Shown one piece after another: positions 1 to 14,900 of a stretch of 64,000 bases of DNA. The stretch is taken from the NCBI RefSeq assembly GCF_009914755.1, contig NC_060940.1; one strand, written 5' to 3'. The notes below the pieces were generated by a model that worked only from the letters and a program-made list of their open reading frames with translations, had not been told where the DNA came from and searched no databases. The number at the start of each line of letters is the position of its first letter. Within the stretch, counting starts at the first letter, position 1. The DNA comes from the human T2T-CHM13v2.0 reference genome, Homo sapiens. Both the position numbers and the translations under genes were made by a program.

Positions 1-43
1 TTCGATGATTTTATTCGAGTCCCTTCATTGATTCCATCCGATT

Positions 44-3000
44 TCATTGGATGATGACTCCATTCGAGTCCATTCGATGATTCCACTCGATTCCATTAGA
101 TGATTCCATTGGAGTCCATTTGATTGTTCCATTCGATTCCATTCGATTCCTTTCGAAGATTATTCCATTTGAGTCCATTCGATGATGATTCCATTCCATT
201 CCATTCGATGATTCCGTTTGATTCCATTCGATGATTCCCTTCGATTCCTTTCTTTGATGATTCCATTCCATTCCATTCAATGATTCCATTCGAATCTATT
301 CCATGATGATTCCTTTCGATTCCATTCGCTGATGTTTCCGTTCAATTCCATTCGATGATGATTCCATTCGATTCCATTCATTGAGGATTCCATTTGATTC
401 CATTCAATGATGATTCCATTCTATTCCATTCAAAGATTGCATTCAATTCCATTCAATGATTATCCCATTAGAGTAAACTCAACGATTCCATTCAATACCA
501 TTCGATGATGATTCCTTTTGAGTCCATTCAATGATTTCATTCAAGTCCATTTGATGATTCCTTTCAATTCCATTCTATGATGATTCCATTCGAGTCCATT
601 CGATGATTCCATTCGATTGCATTCGATGATTCCATTATATTCCATTCAACGATGATTCCATTCGAGTCCATTCGATGATTCCATTAGAGTACATTTAATG
701 ATTGCTTTGTTTTCAATTCGAAGATGATTACATTCGATTCCATTCTATGATACCATTCGACTCCATTCAATGATGACTCCACTCAAATCCATTGGATGAT
801 TCCATTCGTGTCCATTCGGTGATTTCATTAGATTCCATTCGAGGATGATTCCATTCGATTCCATTCGATGATTCCATTCTATTCCATTCGATGATGATTC
901 CATTCGAGTCCATTCGATGATTCCATTCGAGTCCATTTAATGATTCCATTGGGTTCAATTCAATGATGATTACATTGGATTCCGTTCTATGATTCCATTC
1001 AATTCCGTTCATTGACAATTTGATTCCATTCGATGATGATTCCATTTGAGTTCATTCGATGATTCTATTCGATTCTCTTCGATGGTGATTCAATTCTATT
1101 ATATTGGATGATTCCATTCGATTCCATTTGATGTTGATTCAATTCGATTCTATTCGATGATGATTCCATTGGATTTCACTTGATGATTCTATTCGATTCC
1201 ATTCAATGATGATTCACTTCTCGTCCATTGGATGATTCCATTTCATTCCATTCGATGATGATTCCATTCGATTCCATTCGATGATTCCATTTGATTCCAT
1301 GCGACGGTGAGCAATTCGATTCAATTCCATGATGATTCTATTTGATTCAATTAGATGATGTTTCCATTCGAATCCATTCCATGATTATTCCATTGGAATC
1401 CATTCGGTGATGATTCCATACGAGTCAATTCAATGATGATTCCATATGGGTCCGTTCGATGATAATTCCATTTGATTTCATTCGATGCTTCTATTCAATT
1501 CCAGTTGATGATGATTCCGTTGGAGTCCATACGATGATTCCATTTGATTTCATTTGATGATGATTCCATTCGATTCCATTCGATGATGATTACATTGGAT
1601 TCCATTCTATGATTCCATTCAATTCCATTCGTTGATGATTCGATTCCCTTCAATGATGATTCCACTTGAGTTCATTCGATGATTCTATTCGATTCCGTTC
1701 GATGGTGATTCAATTCTCTTATATTGGATGATTCGACTCGATTCCATTTGATGATTATTCCATTGGAGTCCACTTAGTGAATCCTTTAGATTCTCCTCGA
1801 AGATGATTCCATTCGAGTCCATTCGATGATACCATTCAATTCCATTCGTTGATGCTTCCATTCAAGTGCAGTCGATGATATCATTCGATTCCATTTGATG
1901 ATAATTCCATTTGATTCCATGCGATGATTCTATTCGATTCCATTCAATGATAATTCCATTCAATTCAGTGATTCCTCTGGACTCCATTTGATGATTATTC
2001 CATTCAATGATTCCATTCGATTCTATTCGAAAATGATTCCATTTGAATCCATTTGATGACGATTCCATTCCATTCCATTTGATGATTCCATTCTATTCTA
2101 TTCGATGATGATTCCATTCGATTCCATTCGATGATGATTGGATTCGATTCCATTTGATGATTTCATTTGATTCCATTCGTTAATGATTTCGATCAATTCC
2201 ATTCGATGATTCCATTCGATTCCATTCGATAATGATTACATCCGAGTCCATTCGATGATTCCCTTTGAGCCTGTTCGATAATTCCATTTGAGTCCAACCA
2301 ATGATTCCATTCATTTCCATTCAATGATTCCATTCGAGTCCATTTGATCATTCCGGTAGGGTCCATTAGAAGTTGATTCCATTGGAGTGCATTCGATGAT
2401 TCCATTCGAGTCCATTTTAGGATTTGATTCGAGTCCTTTCGATGATTCCATTCGATTCCACTCGATGATGATTTCATTCGAGTCCATTCGACACTTCCAA
2501 TCGATTCCATTTGATGATTCCATTCGAGTCCAACTGATGATTCCATTCAATTCCATTCGATGATGATTCCGTACGATTCCATTCTGTGATGATTCCATGT
2601 GATTGCATTCAATGATGATTCCTTTCGATTGCATTCGATTATGATTCATTTCGTGTTCATTCTATGGTTCCACAGGTTTCCATTCGATGACGTTTCCGTT
2701 CGTGTCCATTCCATTATTCCATTCTATTTCATTTGATGATGATTCCATTCGATTCCATTCATTGGTGATTCCACTCAATTCCATTCAATGATTCCATTCC
2801 ATTTCTTTCAACAATGATTCCATTAGTTTCTATTCGATGATCCACTTGACTCCATTTGCCGATGATTCCATTCGTGTCCATTCGATGATTCCATTTGATT
2901 CCATATGATGATGATTCCATTCGATTCCATACGATGGTGATTCCATTCGAGTCCATTCAATGGTGATTCCATTCAATTCCATTCGATGATTCCTTCCGAT

Positions 3001-5864
3001 TCCATACGATGATGATGGCATTTGATTCCTTTCAATCATTCCCTTTGATTCCATTCAAAGTTGATTTCATTCAAGTCCATTCGATAATTGCATTCGATTC
3101 CATTCTATGATGATTCCATTCGAGTCCATTTGATGATTCCATTCAATTCAAGTCAATGATGATTCCATTCGATTCCACTCGATGATTCCATTGGATTCCA
3201 TTCGATGATGATTCCATTCAAATCCATTCGATAATTCAATTCAAGTCCATTCGATGATGATTCCAATCGAATCCATTCAAAGATTCCATTCAATTCCATT
3301 TGATGATGATTCCCTTAGATTGCATTCGATGATTCCACTGGATTCCATTTACGATGATTCCATTCTATTCCATGTGATGAATCCATTCAATTCTATTCAA
3401 TGATGTTTCCATTTGATTCCATTGGACCATGATTGCCTTTGATTCCATTCAATGATTCCATTCGGTTCCATTTGATGATGATTCCGTTCGATTCCATTTC
3501 ATTATTCCATTTGATTCCATTGGATGAGTCCATTCGATTACATTCGTTGATTATTCCATTCGAGTGCATTAGATGATTGCATTCGAGTCCATTCGATGAC
3601 TCCATTTGATCCCATTCGATGATTTCCTGTGATTCCCTTTGATGATCATTCTATTTGATTCAATTCGGTGATTTCATTTCATTCCATTCAGTGATGTTTC
3701 CATTCGACTGTATTCGATGATGATTCCATTCGACTCCATTCGATTATGATTTCATTCAATTCCATTCAATAATGATTCCCTTCGAGTCCATTCGATGATT
3801 CCATTCGATTCCATTCAACGATGATTTGATTCGTTTCCATTCGATGATTCCATTTGATTCCACTTGATGATGATTCCATTCGAGTCCATTTGGTGATTCC
3901 ATTCGAGTCTATTTATGTATTATATTCGTGTCCACTTCATGATTCCATTCAATTCCATTTAATGTTGATTCCATTTGATTCCATTTGATGATTCAGTTCG
4001 ATTCCTTGCAATGATTCCCTACGATTCCTTTCTATGATGATTCCATTCGATTCCATTCATTGATGATTTCATTCGACTCCATTCGATGATGATTCCTTTC
4101 GATTCCATTTGACGATGTTTCCATTCGAGTCCATTCGATGATGATTCTATTCAATTCTGTTCTATTATGATTCCATTCGATTTCATTCAATGCTTCTATT
4201 TGATTCCATTCGATGATGATTCCATCTCTTTCCCTTCGATGATTCCATTTGATTCCATTCAGTGATGATTCCATTTGATTCCATCTGATGATGATTTCAC
4301 TTGATTCCTTTCAATGATGATTCAATTCAAGTCCATTCGATGGTTCCATTGGAGTCCAAACGATCATTCCGTTCGATTCCATTCAATGGTGATTCCATTC
4401 ATGTCCATTCGATGAATCCATTCAATTCCATTCGATGATGACTCCATTCGAGTACATTCGATGATTCCATTTGATTCCATTTGAAGATGATTCCATTCAA
4501 TTCCATTCGAAGATGATTCCATTCAATTCCATTCGATGATGATTCCGTATGAATCCATTCTCTGATTATTCCATTCGATTCCATTCATTGACGATTCCAT
4601 TCAATTCCATTCAATGATGATTCTCTTCTATTCCATTCGATGATTCCGGTCGATTCCATTCGATGATGATTCCATTAGATTCCATTCGATTGTTGCATTC
4701 GATTCCCTTCGATGATGATTCCTTTGAATTCCATTCGATTATCATTCCGTATGAATCCATTTGATGATTATTCCATTGGATTCCTTTCGATGATGATTCC
4801 ATTCGAGTCCATTCGATGATTCTATTCGAATCCATTTGATGATTTCTTTTGATTATAGTTGTTGATGATTCCTTTGGAGTCCATTCAATGATTCCATTCG
4901 ATTCCAATCGATGATGATTCCATTAGTGTCCATTTAATGATTCCATTTGATTCCAGTCTCTGATGATTACATTCGAGTCCATACGATGATTCCACTCAAT
5001 TCCATATGATGATGATTCCATTCGATTCCATTCGATGATTCCATTCTATTCTATTCAATGGTGATTCCATTCGAGTACATTAGATGATTCCATTCGATTC
5101 CATTCAATGATGATTCTATTTGTGTCCCTTAGATGGTTCCACATGATTCCATTAGATGATGATACTATTTGAGCCCATCCAATGATTCCCTTCGATTCCA
5201 TTCGATGAGGATTCCATTCGATTCAATTCATTGGTGATTCTATTCAATTCAATTATTTGATTCCATTACATTCCATTCGACAATGATTCCATTCGATTTC
5301 TTTCGATGATTCCACTCGATTCCACTTGACATTGATTCCATTCGATTCCATTCAATGATTCCGTTTGATTCCAGTGGATGATGATTGCCATCGATTCCAT
5401 TCAATCACTCCATTCTATTCCATTTGATGATGATTACATTCGATTCCATTTGATGATTCCATCTGATTCTATTCGAGGATTCCATTTGATTCCATTCGAT
5501 GATGATTCCATTCGAGTCCATTCGATGATTTCATTCGAGTACATCCAATGATTCCATTCGAGTCCATTTGATGATTCCATTTGATTCCATTTGATTATGA
5601 TTCTACTAGAGTCCATTTAATGACTCCATTCGAATCCATTCAACAATTCCATTCGAGTCCATTCGAAGATTCCATTTCATGATTCCATTCGAGTCCATTT
5701 AATCATTACAGTCGAGTCCGTTTGGTGATTCCACTGAATTTCTTTTGATAATGATACCATTCCATTACATTTGATGATGATCCCATTCAATTTCATTTGA
5801 TGATGATTCCATTAGAGTCCATTCGATGATTTCATTCGAGTCCCTTCATTGATTCCATCCGATT
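44..5864 (+). repeat. Higher-order unit 1 (5821 bp): 98-bp deletion near 860-880 and a non-canonical segment at ~3900-4786
   Basis: Anchor (CCGATT)TCATTGGATGATGACTCC at 44 and 5865. The CCAGTCCATATGATCA block is missing, and the unique internal sequence replaces the GAGCCC/GCTTGCTTTC block. Confidence 0.9.
1343..1353 (-). promoter_or_regulatory. DUX4-type motif TAATTGAATCA (first of 11 orthologous copies)
   Basis: The + strand reads TGATTCAATTA, whose reverse complement fits the DUX4 consensus TAAYBBAATCA. DUX4 binding and activation of HSATII is reported, but occupancy of this site is not shown by the sequence. Confidence 0.4.
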
Positions 5865-8800
5865 TCATTGGATGATGACTCCATTCGAGTCCATTCGATG
5901 ATTCCACTCGATTCCATTAGATGATTCCATTGGAGTCCATTTGATTGTTCCATTCGATTCCATTCGATTCCTTTCGAAGATTATTCCATTTGAGTCCATT
6001 CGATGATGTTTCCATTCCATTCCATTCCATTCGATGATTCCGTTTGATTCCATTCGATGATTCCCTTTGATTCCTTTCTATGATGATTCCATTCCATTCC
6101 ATTCAATGATTCCATTCGAATCTATTCCATGATGATTCCTTTCGATTCCATTCGCTGATGTTTCCGTTCAATTCCATTCGATGATGATTCCATTCGATTC
6201 CATTCATTGAGGATTCCATTTGATTCCATTCAATGATGATTCCGTTCTATTCCATTCAATGATTGCATTCAATTCCATTCAATGATTATCCCCTTAGAGT
6301 AAACTCAACGATTCCATTCAATACCATTCGATGATGATTCCTTTTGAGTCCATTCAATGATTTCATTCAAGTCCATTTGATGATTCCTTTCAATTCCATT
6401 CTATGATGATTCTATTCGAGTCCATTCGATGATTCCATTCGATTGCATTCGACGATTCCATTATATTCCATTCAACGATGATTCCATTCGAGTCCATTCG
6501 ATGATTCCATTAGAGTACATTTAATGATTGCTTTGTTTTCAATTCGAAGATGATTACATTGGATTCCATTCTATGATACCATTCGATTCCATTCAATGAT
6601 GATTCCACTCAAATCCATTGGATGATTCCATTCGTGTCCATTCGGTGATTTCATTAGATTCCATTAGAGGATGATTCCTTTCGATTCCACTCGATGATTC
6701 CATTCAATTCCATTCGATGATGATTCCATTCCAGTCCATATGATCATTCCATTAGATTTCATTCGATGATGATTCCATTCGATTCCATTCGATGATTCCA
6801 TTCTATTCCATTCGATGATGATTCCATTCGAGTCCATTCGATGATTCCATTCGAGTCCATTTAATGATTCCATTGGGTTCAATTCAATGATGATTACATT
6901 GGATTCCGTTCTATGATTCCATTCAATTCCGTTCATTGACAATTTGATTCCATTCGATGATGATTCCATTTGAGTTCATTCGATGATTCTATTCGATTCT
7001 CTTCGATGGTGATTCAATTCTATTATATTGGATGATTCCATTCGATTCCATTTGATGTTGATTCAATTCGATTCTATTCGATGATGATTCCATTGGATTT
7101 CACTTGATGATTCTATTCGATTCCATTCAATGATGATTCACTTCTCGTCCATTGGATGATTCCATTTCATTCCATTCGATTATGATTCCATTCGATTCCA
7201 TTCGATGATTGCATTTGATTCCATTCGACGGTGACCAATTCGATTCAATTCCATGATGATTCTATTTGATTCAATTAGATGATGTTTCCATTCGAATCCA
7301 TTCCATGATTATTCCATTGGAATCCATTCGGCGATGATTCCATTTGAGTCAATTCAATGATGATTCCATATGGGTCCGTTCGATGATAGTTCCATTTGAT
7401 TTCATTCGATGCTTCTATTCAATTCCAGTTGATGATGATTCCGTTGGAGTCCATACGATGATTCCATTTGATTTCATTTGATGATGATTCCATTCGATGA
7501 TGATTACATTGGATTCCATTCTATGATTCCATTCAATTCCATTCGTTGATGATTCGATTCCATTCAATGATGATTCCATTTGAGTTCATTCGATGATTCT
7601 ATTCGATTCCGTTCGATGGTGATTCAATTCTATTATATTGGATGATTCCACTCGATTCCATTTGATGATTATTCCATTGGAGTCCACTTAGTGAATCCTT
7701 TAGATTCTACTCGAAGATGATTCCATTCGAGTCCATTCGATGATACCATTCAATTCCAATCGTTGATGCTTCCATTCAAGTGCATTCGATGATATCATTC
7801 GATTCCATTTGATGATAATTCCATTTGATTCCATGCGATGATTCTATTCGATTCCATTCAATGATAATTCCATTCAATTCAGTGATTCCTCTGGACTCCA
7901 TTTGATGATGATTCCATTCAATGATTCCATTCGATTCTATTCGAAAATGATTCCATTTGAATCCATTTGATGATGATTCCATTAGATTCCATTTGATGAT
8001 TCCATTCGATTCCATTCGGCGATGATTCCATTCGATTCCGTTTGATGATTCCATTCTATTCTATTCGATGATGATTCCATTCGATTCCATTCGATGATGA
8101 TTGGATTCGATTCCATTTGATGATTTCATTTGATTCCATTCGTTAATGATTTCGATCAATTCCATTCGATGATTCCATTCGATTCCATTCGATAATGATT
8201 ACATCCGAGTCCATTCGATGATTCCCTTTGAGCCTGTTCGATAATTCCATTTGAGTCCAACCAATGATTCCATTCATTTCCATTCAATGATTCCATTCGA
8301 GTCCATTTGATCATTCCGGTAGGGTCCATTCGATGTTGATTCCATTGGAGTGCATTCGATGATTCCATTCGAGTCCATTTTAGGATTTGATTCGAGTCCT
8401 TTCGATGATTCCATTCGATTCCACTCGATGATGATTTCATTCGAGTCCATTCGACACTTCCAATCGATTCCATTTGATGATTCCATTCGAGTCCAATTGA
8501 TGATTCCATTCAATTCCATTCTGTGATGATTCCATGTGATTGCATTCAATGATGATTCCTTTCGATTGCATTCGATTATGATTCATTTCGTGTTCATTCT
8601 ATGGTTCCACAGGTTTCCATTCGTGTCCATTCCATTATTCCATTCTATTCCATTTGATGATGATTCCATTCGATTCCATTCATTGGTGATTCCACTCAAT
8701 TCCATTCAATGATTCCATTCCATTTCTTTCAACAATGATTCCATTAGTTTCTAATCGATGATCCACTTGATTCCATTTGACGACGATTCCATTCTTGTCC

Positions 8801-11800
8801 ATTCGATGATTCCATTTGATTCCATATGATGATGATTCCATTCGATTCCATACCATGATGATTCCATTCGAGTCCATTCAATGGTGATTCCATTCAATTC
8901 CATTCGATGATTCCTTTCGATTCCATTCGATGATGATGGCATTCGATTCCTTTCGATCATTCCCTTTGATTCCATTCAAAGGTGATTTCATTCAAGTCCA
9001 TTCGATAATTGCATTCGATTCCATTCTATGATGATTCCATTCGAGTCCATTTGATGATTCCATTCAATTCAAGTCAATGATGATTCCATTCGATTCCATT
9101 CGATGATTCCATTGGATTCCATTCGATGATGATTCCATTCAAATCCATTCGATAATTCAATTCAAGTCCATTCGATGATGATTCCAATCGAATCCATTCA
9201 AAGATTCCATTCAGTTCCATTCGATGATTCCCTTAGATTCCATTCGATGATTCCACTTGATTCCATTTACGATGATTCCACTCGATTCCATGTGTTGATT
9301 CCATTCAATTCTATTCAATGATGTCTCCATTTGATTCCATTCGACCATGATTGCCTTTGATTCCATTCAATGATTCCATTCGGTTCCGTTTGATGATGAT
9401 TCCGTTCGATTCCATTTGATGATTCCATTTGATTCCATTGGATGAGTCCATTCGATTACATTCGATGATTATTCCATTCGAGTGCATTAGATGATTCCAT
9501 TCGAGTCCATTCGATGATTCCATTCGATTCCATTCGCTGTTGATTCTGTTCAAATCCATTCGATGATTCCACTCGATTCCATTCGATGACTCCATTTGAT
9601 CCCATTCGATGATTTCCTTTGATTCCCTTTGATGATCATTCCATTTGATTCAATTCGGTGATTTCATTTGATTCCATTCAGTGATGTTTCCATTCGACTC
9701 CATTCGATGATGATTCCATTCGACTCCATTCGATTATGATTTCATTCAATTCCATTCGATAATGATTCCCTTCGAGTCCATTCGATGATTCCATTCGATT
9801 CCATTCAATGATGATTTGATTCGTGTCCATTCGATGATTCCATTTGATTCCACTTGATGATGATTCCATTCGAGTCCATTTGATGATTCCATTCAATTCC
9901 ATACTCCGATGATTTCTTTTGAGCCCATTCAATGATTCCACTCGATTCCATATGATGACTCCATTCGATGAAATTCGATGATGATTCCATTCGCTTGCTT
10001 TCGATGATGATTCCACTTGAGTCCGTTAGAAGATTCTATTCAATTACATTCCATGACGATTCCGTTTGAGTCCATTTGATGATTCCATTAGACTCCATTC
10101 GACGATGATTCCATTCGATGTTATTCGATGATTCCATTCGATCTCATTCGATGATGATTCCATTCAACTCCATTCGATGTTTCCATTCGAGTTCATTCTA
10201 TTATTCCATTAGATTCCATTCGATGATGATTCCATTCGATTCCATTTGATGATTGCATTCTATTTCATTTGATGATGATTCCATTCGAGTCCACTCGATG
10301 ATTCCATTCGAGTCCATTTAATGAATCCATTGGTTTCAATTCTATGATGATTACTTTGGATTCCATTCGTTGATGATTTCATTCGGTTCCATTCAATGAT
10401 GATTCTATTCAATTCCTTTCAATGTTTCCATTCAATTCCATACGATGATGATTCCATTTGATTTGATTCGACAGTGAGCCATTCGATTCAATTCCATGAT
10501 GATTCTATTTGATTCAATTGGTTGACATTTCCATTCGATTCCATTCGATGATGATTCCCTTTGATTCCATTCAAAGATGATTCCATTCTAGCCCATTCAA
10601 TCATTCCATTCGATTCTATTCAATGATGATTCCATTCATGTCGATTTGGTGATTCCATTTGACTTCATTTGATGATGATTCCTTTCAAGTTCATTAGATG
10701 ATTCCATTCGATTCCATTTGATGATGATCCCATTCGAGTCCATTCAGTGATTCCATTCGTTTCCATTCCATGATGATTCCATTCCATTCCATGCAATGAT
10801 TCCATTCGATTCCGTTTGATGATGATTTCATTCGAGTCCATTTGATGATTCCATTTGATTCCATTCGATGATGATTCCATTCGAGTCCATTCGATGATTC
10901 TATTCGAATCCATTTGATGATTTCTTTTGATTATATTTGGTGATGATTCCTTTGGAGTCCATTCAATGATTCCATTCGATTCCAATCGATGGTGATTCCA
11001 TTAGAGTCCATTTAATGATTCCATTTGATTCCAGTCTTTGATGATTACATTCGAGTCCATACGATGATTCCACTCAATTCCATATGATGATGATTCCATT
11101 CGATTCCATTCGATGATTCCATTCTATTCTATTCAATGGTGATTCCATTCGAGTACATTAGATGATTCCATTCGATTCCATTCAATGATGATTCTATTTG
11201 TGTCCCTTAGATGATTCCACATGATTCCATTAGATGATGACACTATTTGAGCCCATCCAATGATTCCCTTCGATTCCATTCGATGAGGATTCCATTCGAT
11301 TCAATTCATTGGTGATTCTATTCAATTCAATTCTTTGATTCCATTCCATTCCATTCGACAATGATTCCATTCGATTTCTTTCGATGATTCCACTCGATTC
11401 CACTTGACATTGATTCCATTCGATTCCATTCAACGATTCCATTTGATTCCAGTGGATGATGATTGCCATCGATTCCATTCGATCACTCCATTCTATTCCA
11501 TTTGATGATGATTACATTCGATTCCATTTGATGATTCCATCTGATTCTATTCGAGGATTCCATTTGATTCCATTCGATGATGATTCCATTCGAGTCCATT
11601 CGATGATTTCATTCGAGTACAACCAATGATTCCATTCGAGTCCATTTGATGATTCCATTTGATTCCATTTGATTATGATTCTACTAGAGTCCATTCAATG
11701 ACTCCATTCGAGTCCATTCAACAATTCCTTTCGACTCCATTCGATGATTCCATTCGATTCCATTTGATGATTCCATTCGAGTCCATTTAATCATTACAGT

Positions 11801-11952
11801 CGAGTCCATTTGGTGATTCCGCTGGATTTCCTTTGATAAAGATACCATTCAATTACATTTGATGATGATCCCATTCAATTTCATTTGATGATGATTCCAT
11901 TAGAGTCCATTCGATGATTTTATTCGAGTCCCTTCATTGATTCCATCCGATT
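5865..11952 (+). repeat. Higher-order unit 2 (6088 bp), near-canonical
   Basis: Anchors at 5865 and 11953 with all landmarks in order. It has an extra CATTC near 6011 and a 26-bp deletion (CCGTACG monomer) near 8520. Confidence 0.9.
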
Positions 11953-14900
11953 TCATTGGATGATGACTCCATTCGAGTCCATTCGATGATTCCACTCAAT
12001 TCCATTAGATGATTCCATTGGAGTCCATTTGATTGTTCCATTCGATTCCATTCGATTCCTTTCGAAGATTATTCCATTTGAGTCCATTCGATGATGATTC
12101 CATTCCATTCCATTCGATGATTCCGTTTGATTCCATTCGATGATTCCCTTCGATTCCTTTCTTTGATGATTCCATTCCATTCCATTCAATGATTCCATTC
12201 GAATCTATTCCATGATGATTCCTTTCGATTCCATTCGCTGATGTTTCCGTTCAATTCCATTCGATGATGATTCCATTCGATTCCATTCATTGAGGATTCC
12301 ATTTGATTCCATTTAATGATGATTCAATTCTATTCCATTCAAAGATTGCATTCAATTCCATTCAATGATTATCCCATTAGTGTAAACTCAACGATTCCAT
12401 TCAATACCATTCGATGATGATTCCTTTTGAGTCCATTCAATGATTTCATTCAAGTCCATTTGATGATTCCTTTCAATTCCATTCTATGATGATTCCATTC
12501 GAGTCCATTCGATGATTCCATTCAATTGCATTCGATGATTCCGTTATATTCCATTCAACGATGATTCCATTCGAGTCCATTCGATGATTCCATTAGAGTA
12601 CATTCAATGATTGCTTTGTTTTCAATTTGAAGATGATTACATTCGATTCCATTCTATGATACCATTCGATTCCATTCAATGATGACTCCACTCAAATCCA
12701 TTGGATGATTCCATTCGTGTCCATTCGGTGATTTCATTAGATTCCATTCGAGGATGATTCCATTCGATTCCATTCGATGATTCCATTCAATTCCATTCGA
12801 TGATGATTCCATTCCAGTCCATATGATCATTCCATTTGATTTCATTCGATGATGATTCCATTCGATTCGATTCGACGATTCCATTCTATTCCATTCGATG
12901 ATGATTCCATTCGAGTCCATTCGATGATTCCATTCGAGTCCATTTAATGATTCCATTGGGTTCAATTCAATGATGATTACATTGGATTCCGTTCTATGAT
13001 TCCATTCAATTCCGTTCATTGACAATTTGATTCCATTCGATGATGATTCCATTTGAGTTCATTCGATGATTCTATTCGATTCTCTTCGATGGTGATTCAA
13101 TTCTATTATATTGGATGATTCCATTCGATTCCATTTGATGTTGATTCAATTCGATTCTATTCGATGATGATTCCATTGGATTTCACTTGATGATTCTATT
13201 CGATTCCATTCAATGATGATTCACTTCTCGTCCATTGGATGATTCCATTTCATTCCATTCGATGATGATTCCATTCGATTCCATTCGATGATTCCATTCG
13301 ATTCCATGCGACGGTGAGCAATTCGATTCAATTCCATGATGATTCTATTTGATTCAATTAGATGATGTTTCCATTCGAATCCATTCCATGATTATTCCAT
13401 TGGAATCCATTCGGCGATGATTCCATATGAGTCAATTCAATGATGATTCCATATGGGTCCGTTCGATGATAATTCCATTTGATTTCATTCGATGCTTCTA
13501 TTCTATTCCAGTCGATGATGATTCCGTTGGAGTCCATACGATGATTCCATTTGATTTCATTTGATGATGATTCCATTCGATGACGATTACATTGGATTCC
13601 ATTCTATGATTCCATTCAATTCCATTCGTTGATGATTCGATTCCATTCAATGATGATTCCATTTGAGTTCATTCGATGATTCTATTCGATTCCATTCTAT
13701 GGTGATTCAATTCTCTTATATTGGATGATTCCACTCGATTCCATTTGATGATTATTCCATTGGAGTCCACTTAGTGAATCCTTTAGATTCTACTCGAAGA
13801 TGATTCCATTCGAGTCCATTCAATGATACCATTCCATTCCATTCGTTGATGCTTCCATTCAAGTGCATTCGATGATATCATTCGATTCCATTTGATGATA
13901 ATTCCATTTGATTCCATGCGATGATTCTATTCGATTCCATTCAATGATAATTCCATTCAATTCAGTGATTCCTCTGGACTCCATTTGATGATGATTCCAT
14001 TCAATGATTCCATTCGATTCTATTCGAAAATGATTCCATTTGAATCCATTTGATGACGATTCCATTCCATTCCATTTGATGATTCCATTCTATTCTATTC
14101 TATGATGATTCCATTCGATTCCATTCGATGATGATTGGATTCGATTCCATTTGATGATTTCATTTGATTCCATTCGTTAATGATTTCGATCAATTCCATT
14201 CGATGATTCCATTCGATTCCATTCGATAATGATTACATCCGAGTCCATTCGATGATTCCCTTTGAGCCTGTTCGATAATTCCATTTGAGTCCAACCATTG
14301 ATTCCATTCATTTCCATTCAATGATTCCATTCGAGTCCATTTGATCATTCCGGTAGGGTCCATTCGATGTTGATTCCATTGGAGTGCATTAGATGATTCC
14401 ATTCGAGTCCATTTTAGGATTTGATTCGAGTCCTTTCGATGATTCCATTCGATTCCACTCGATGATGATTTCATTCGAGTCCATTCGACACTTCCAATCG
14501 ATTCCATTTGATGATTCCATTCGACTGCAATTGATGATTCCATTCAATTCCATTCAATGATGATTCCGTACGATTCCATTCTGTGATGATTCCATGTGAT
14601 TGCATTCAATGATGATTCCTTTCGATTGCATTCGATTATGATTCATTTCGTGTTCATTCTATGGTTCCACAGGTTTCCATTCGTGTCCATTCCATTATTC
14701 CATTCTATTCCATTTGATGATGATTCCATTCGATTCCATTCATTGGTGATTCCACTCAATTCCATTCAATGATTCCATTCCATTTCTTTCAACAATGATT
14801 CCATTAGTTTCTAATCGATGATCCACTTGATTCCATTTGACGACGATTCCATTCTTGTCCATTAGATGATTCCATTTGATTCCATATGATGATGATTCCA

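Noticed and set aside
3900-4786. Mobile element insertion explaining the unique segment or the long units
   Set aside because: The sequence remains HSat2-like throughout. I see no poly(A) tail, target-site duplication, terminal repeats or Alu/L1 sequence.
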